A stretch of 64,000 nt of DNA. Origin: Eledone cirrhosa. Lineage: Eukaryota. A program made the translations under genes and the position numbers. The stretch lies in contig OZ024756.1 in the NCBI GenBank assembly GCA_964016885.1, positions 3,906,001 through 3,970,000 of the forward strand, given 5' to 3'. The notes beneath the pieces were generated by a model. The model was not told the origin of the DNA and did no database searches. It was given only the letters and a program-made list of their open reading frames with translations. Position 1 is the stretch's first letter. Every line of letters starts with the position of its first letter. Below, piece by piece: positions 58,405-64,000 of the stretch.

Positions 58405-59307
58405 TTTATTATGTCTTCATTACGTTTAGTGAGTAGTGACGCATGTTTCGCTATTGATCAGCTCAAGGTTGGATCTGTATCGATCTAGCCTGACTCTGAA
58501 TCAGAAGCTCGTTGAACCTCTGTTGTGATAATGACAGAAGGAACCTCAGGGCTCTTTGAAATAGTCCTATAACGATTCTCATTCATTTATGTTGGTCAGT
58601 TTCAGTTTTGCTTGGTGGTTTTCCTAGAAAAGTCGGGCTAAATCGATACAGATCGAAACTTGAACTGATTAATAGCGAAACGCGCGTCTCTACTCCATAA
58701 AAGTAATGAAGACAATAAATCGTCCTTTTTTATTATTATTATTACACTCTGCTTAGTTCTACACCTCTATAGTTACTGGAAACTATGCATCGGAGGCTCA
58801 TTCTGGTGAACCAACAAAAACTGGACGTTGCAATCCATATATATATTACTCTTTTACCTGTTTCAGCCATCCGGCTGAGGCCATGCTGGGGCACCGCCCC
58901 ATATATATATATATATTGAAAGGATAACAAGGACGATTGGTTACTCCTTCATTACATTTATTGGTAGGTGACGCGCGTTTCGCCACTGATCAGCTCAAGG
59001 TTCGATCTGTATCGATCCTACCCAACTCAATGATCGGCAGCTCGACGGACCCTTTAAAATGCTATAAAAGACCCCGTCGAGCTGCCGATCATTGAGTCGG
59101 GTAGGATCGATACAGATCGAACCTTGAGCTGATCAATGGCGAAACGCGCGTCAGCTACCACTAAATGTAATGAAGGAGTAACCAATCGTCCTTGTTATCC
59201 TTTCAATATATTACACTCTGTATAGCTCTACACCTCATCACAGAAGTGAACCTAAACATCGATTGCTCTCCCGGGTGAACCTGCAGTAACTCTAAGCTAC
59301 ACCCCCT

Positions 59308-59310
<3 letters not shown>
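58405..59310. mobile_element. Two neighbouring fold-back inserts of one PLE-like family G (58405-58840 and 58913-59310)
   Basis: Each has inverted arms containing gatcgatacagatcgaa..gcGAAACGCGCGTC and the shared tail ttacactctg..ctctacacctc. Confidence 0.7.
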
Positions 59311-59346
<36 letters not shown>

Positions 59347-59512
59347 GTGTGTGTGTGTGCGCGCGCCTGTATATATGTGTGTGTGAAGCTACATATATAT
59401 ATAATCAGAAGGAATATTCAATTTGTTGGTAATTCAACAAATATAAAGGAAAACTTCAACCGTTAAGGTATATTCTCCTCGGTTATGTCAACATTTATAA
59501 AACACACTTCGT

Positions 59513-59571
59513 ATTTTATCTGATGATAGCGTGCCAAAATGTTGGTACTCTTGAAATATATATAATAGAAT
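59513..59571 (+). ncRNA. Type I hammerhead ribozyme (family F, second copy)
   Basis: attttat-CTGATGA-tagc-gtgccaa(aatg)ttggtac-tctt-GAAA-tatata-TA-atagaat. Confidence 0.75.
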
Positions 59572-59611
59572 AAATATGGTTTTATAAATATAGTTTCCAT
59601 TTATTTAATAT

Positions 59612-59653
<42 letters not shown>

Positions 59654-60062
59654 ATACTTGGGGAGGGTCATATTTGTGTAATATTGCCAGAATTAATAAC
59701 AGAACACACTCACTGTTTGGTTGGTTTTCGCTTCTCGCTGTCTTTTATATCTGCGATCTAACTTAATCGGTCCTCAATGTTGCCATTGACTGACCAACGG
59801 TCAAAAATAATACAGATACAATTCTAATTCATCGCCGCTATATATATATATATATATATATCAGAGAAAACGTGGTATCGTTTAAGGTTATCCAAGGGGA
59901 GGTTACGATATAATCTAAACGATATGACCCGTGCAACATGCATCTATGTACCTGCATTAAAATAAATATAGATATATATCCTTCCCTGATCAGAGATACA
60001 TGTTTCTAGTTAACCTGCCTATATGGATTTATATATATAAATCTCGCCATTCGCGTTGTATA

Positions 60063-60730
60063 CAGGGTGGGGCAGACAGGTTGCTCTGATTTCAAAGGTT
60101 AATAAAAATCAAACACATGATCATAAGAGAAAAAACTTTGTATTTATAATAAGTACATTACATGCCATTGTGGTTTAAGTTGTATTGAAAATTGTATCAC
60201 TTAAGTGACGACAGCCAATGTCGATGCAGTTTTGAAGTCTCTCTCGAAAGTTCACCATAGAGGTCCTAGAACGGCCAGATCTTTTCTTTTTTAAAGCCGA
60301 TGATGTTTGTCTAAAGTTAGAAACACACAGACGAATTGTTTTTCCATCCGGTACGGGATCATGACGACGAAGCGCAAACGGACTCGCCGTTCTTAAGAAA
60401 CTCTTCCACAACAAATGCACGATGACCTCCACTGCAGGCAGTTGTGGTGTACTACCTGAAACAGAAAATGTATTGTTTCTACTTTAGGCACAAGGCCAGC
60501 AATTTTCCTAGTACATTACTGGTACTTTATTTTATCGACGCCGTAAGGATGAAAGGCAAAGTTAACCTCGGCGGGATTTGAACTCAAACCGTAAAGGGAC
60601 GTAACTATGCTAGAAAACATGGCGTAATGGCATCTAACGTACTTATTATAAATACAAAGTTTTTTTCTCTTATCATGTGTTTGTTTTTTAATAACCTTTG
60701 AAATCGGGGCTACCTTTCTGCTCCACCCTG
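60063..60730 (-). mobile_element. Internally deleted Tc1/mariner-superfamily transposon, ~110-bp TIRs, TA target duplication, nested SINE (60472-60626)
   Basis: TA|cagggtgg...ccaccctg|TA; remnant ORF joins an HTH-like part (NFRQTSSALKKKRSGRSRTS) to a C-terminus (NFRERLQNCIDIGCRHLSDTIF). Confidence 0.85.
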
Positions 60731-61017
60731 TATAAAAAAAACTTGCCATTAGCGATTTATATAAATCAAGTCATAGAGCCTTACCAAGATTTAAATAATC
60801 GTAAATTGCCAAAACTGTTCGAAAAATTTTCAAGAAGATTCAAATTAATTGTCTGTTAGTACAAACATTCTTTATTCGAAATCACTGTGTGCATATATAT
60901 ATGTGTGTGTATATAGGTGTATATACATATGAATATGTATATACATATATATCGATATATGTTTGTGTATATATGTATGTGTGTGTATATATGTGCGTGT
61001 ATATATATATATATAAA

Positions 61018-61059
<42 letters not shown>

Positions 61060-61129
61060 TACATATACGTGTTTTGCAACGGGTCACTTTGTGGCTCAAT
61101 GAAAAGTTAATAAATTAAATAATCAGAGC

Positions 61130-61236
61130 TATATATCATAAAACATGTCTAGAGAATCACCAGATAAAATATATACCATGGTATATATAGGAAATGGTAT
61201 ATATTTTATCTGGTGATTCTATAGACATGTTTTATG

Positions 61237-61238
<2 letters not shown>
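61130..61238. repeat. Palindrome with ~48-bp arms next to (TA)n
   Basis: atatcataaaacatgtcta..tataccat / atggtata..tagacatgttttatgatat. Confidence 0.85.
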
Positions 61239-61271
<33 letters not shown>

Positions 61272-61349
61272 CGTGTGTATGTTTGTGAGTATATATTTAT
61301 ATATGTGTGTGTGTGCGTATATATATATATATATATGTTTGTGCGTATA

Positions 61350-61428
<79 letters not shown>

Positions 61429-61710
61429 TTGTGTGAGGCCAGTTCGCTTGAGAGCGCTACTAGTAGAATGTACCCCAGCCCAACCAAGGAGATTCAGCGT
61501 CACCCAATGTGTATGACAAGTTTCTCAACAGTTTTACGTCCACCCAATTTCACCAACAAGTTATAGGTTGACCCGAAGCTGTGGTAAATAACACTTGCTC
61601 AAGATATCATGCATTGGGATCTTACACGAGGCCTGATAATTGTGAAGAGTGCTACTTAAATATTCGGCTAGGCTGCATCCTCTTAGCATATTCTATGTGG
61701 GTGGGTGTCG

Positions 61711-61787
<77 letters not shown>

Positions 61788-61937
61788 ATGTATATATATT
61801 TATATATACATGCACACATACCCAACAAACCGTTAAATTTTCATATTAATTTACTAAGTTTTATATTAATTGCTAATTTCCACATTAGCTGCTTCGTCGG
61901 GTTTTTGATACGTGCTACGTCTTTCCGTTTGATACCG

Positions 61938-64000
61938 CCTTGAGGAGAAGGACACGAGAAGAGTTAATACAATTGTTGTTATTGTTGTTATTGTTGTTTA
62001 GCTTCAGGCAAGCTCTCATTGAGTAGAGCTATGAAAGATGGGAGGCGAGGAGCTTCTTTGCAATCATTACCCCTGCTAGATATAATAGCCAAATCTCCCT
62101 CAAATCCCAGCCTTGAGGAGAAGGACACGAGAAGAGTTAATACAATTGTTGTTATTGTTGTTTAGCTTCAGGCAAGCTCTCATTGAGTAGAGCTATGAAA
62201 GATGGGAGGCGAGGAGCTTCTTTGCAATCATTACCCCTGCTAGATATAATAGCCAAATCTCCCTCAAATCCCAGCCTTGAGGAGAAGGACACGAGAAGAG
62301 TTAATACAATTGTTGTTATTGTTGTTTAGCTTCAGGCAAGCTCTCATTGAGTAGAGCTATGAAACATGGGAGGCGAGGAGCTTCTTTGCAATCATTACCC
62401 CTGCTAGATATAATAGCCAAATCTCCCTCAAATCCCAGCCTTGAGGAGAAGGACACGAGAAGAGTTAATACAATTGTTGTTATTGTTGTTTAGCTTCAGG
62501 CAAGCTCTCATTGAGTAGAGCTATGAAACATGGGAGGCGAGGAGCTTCTTTGCAATCATTACCCCTGCTAGATATAATAGCCAAATCTCCCTCAAATCCC
62601 AGCCTTGAGGAGAAGGACACGAGAAGAGTTAATACAATTGTTGTTATTGTTGTTTAGCTTCAGGCAAGCTCTCATTGAGTAGAGCTATGAAACATGGGAG
62701 GCGAGGAGCTTCTTTGCAATCATTACCCCTGCTAGATATAATAGCCAAATCTCCCTCAAATCCCAGCCTTGAGGAGAAGGACACGAGAAGAGTTAATACA
62801 ATTGTTGTTATTGTTGTTTAGCTTCAGGCAAGCTCTCATTGAGTAGAGCTATGAAACATGGGAGGCGAGGAGCTTCTTTGCAATCATTACCCCTGCTAGA
62901 TATAATAGCCAAATCTCCCTCAAATCCCAGCCTTGAGGAGAAGGACACGAGAAGAGTTAATACAATTGTTGTTATTGTTGTTATTGTTGTTTAGCTTCAG
63001 GCAAGCTCTCATTGAGTAGAGCTATGAAACATGGGAGGCGAGGAGCTTCTTTGCAATCATTACCCCTGCTAGATATAATAGCCAAATCTCCCTCAAATCC
63101 CAGCCTTGAGGAGAAGGACACGAGAAGAGTTAATACAATTGTTGTTATTGTTGTTTAGCTTCAGGCAAGCTCTCATTGAGTAGAGCTATGAAACATGGGA
63201 GGCGAGGAGCTTCTTTGCAATCATTACCCCTGCTAGATATAATAGCCAAATCTCCCTCAAATCCCAGCCTTGAGGAGAAGGACACGAGAAGAGTTAATAC
63301 AATTGTTGTTATTGTTGTTTAGCTTCAGGCAAGCTCTCATTGAGTAGAGCTATGAAACATGGGAGGCGAGGAGCTTCTTTGCAATCATTACCCCTGCTAG
63401 ATATAATAGCCAAATCTCCCTCAAATCCCAGCCTTGAGGAGAAGGACACGAGAAGAGTTAATACAATTGTTGTTATTGTTGTTTAGCTTCAGGCAAGCTC
63501 TCATTGAGTAGAGCTATGAAACATGGGAGGCGAGGAGCTTCTTTGCAATCATTACCCCTGCTAGATATAATAGCCAAATCTCCCTCAAATCCCAGCCTTG
63601 AGGAGAAGGACACGAGAAGAGTTAATACAATTGTTGTTATTGTTGTTTAGCTTCAGGCAAGCTCTCATTGAGTAGAGCTATAAAACATGGGAGGCGAGGA
63701 GCTTCTTTGCAATCATTACCCCTGCTAGATATAATAGCCAAATCTCCCTCAAATCCCAGCCTTGAGGAGAAGGACACGAGAAGAGTTAATACAATTGTTG
63801 TTATTGTTGTTTAGCTTCAGGCAAGCTCTCATTGAGTAGAGCTATGAAACATGGGAGGCGAGGAGCTTCTTTGCAATCATTACCCCTGCTAGATATAATA
63901 GCCAAATCTCCCTCAAATCCCAGCCTTGAGGAGAAGGACACGAGAAGAGAGTTAATACAATTGTTGTTATTGTTGTTATTGTTGTTTAGCTTCAGGCAAG
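61938..64000. repeat. Satellite, 164-bp unit, at least 12 near-identical copies, runs off the window end
   Basis: ccttgaggagaaggacacgagaagag recurs at 62111, 62275, etc.; variants differ by a 9-bp ttgttgtta slip. Confidence 0.97.

Noticed and set aside
61938-64000. 164-bp satellite as a retrozyme or hammerhead array
   Set aside because: It has a hairpin followed by GAAAC but no CUGANGA-type core and no stem I/III.

Overview
Eukaryotic, AT-rich, microsatellite-dense DNA with no recognisable host gene. The SINE repertoire (tRNA head plus Deu/Nin-like core) and the (TA)n/(CA)n/(GATA)n density suggest a cephalopod (octopus-like) genome; this is inference. Contents: (1) a decayed L1/Tx1-type LINE (APE-RT-zinc knuckle, minus strand, ~3.5-6.8 kb) between (GATA)n tracts; (2) many SINEs, RTE fragments, a Tc1/mariner deletion derivative and a Helitron-like element; (3) tandem arrays with 77-, 52-, 26-, ~120-, 74- and 164-bp units, several amplified from inside SINEs; (4) an ~18.7 kb array with a 27-bp unit (33.36-52.09 kb) whose minus strand reads as ~6,300 codons of GGGGG-VVI-A/V, broken only by five 1-nt indels (plus strand reads PPPPPAITT); (5) more than 15 short, often fold-back (palindromic) inserts in (TA)n tracts that carry type I hammerhead ribozyme motifs with palindromic stem III. 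One also carries the C-terminus of a Penelope-like GIY-YIG endonuclease, so these look like Penelope-like element (PLE) ends. Three copies share a compensatory U3-A8 core variant, and several fold-back junctions fall in ribozyme stem II. Coordinates were read by eye; element boundaries are approximate. Most listed ORFs are microsatellite artefacts.
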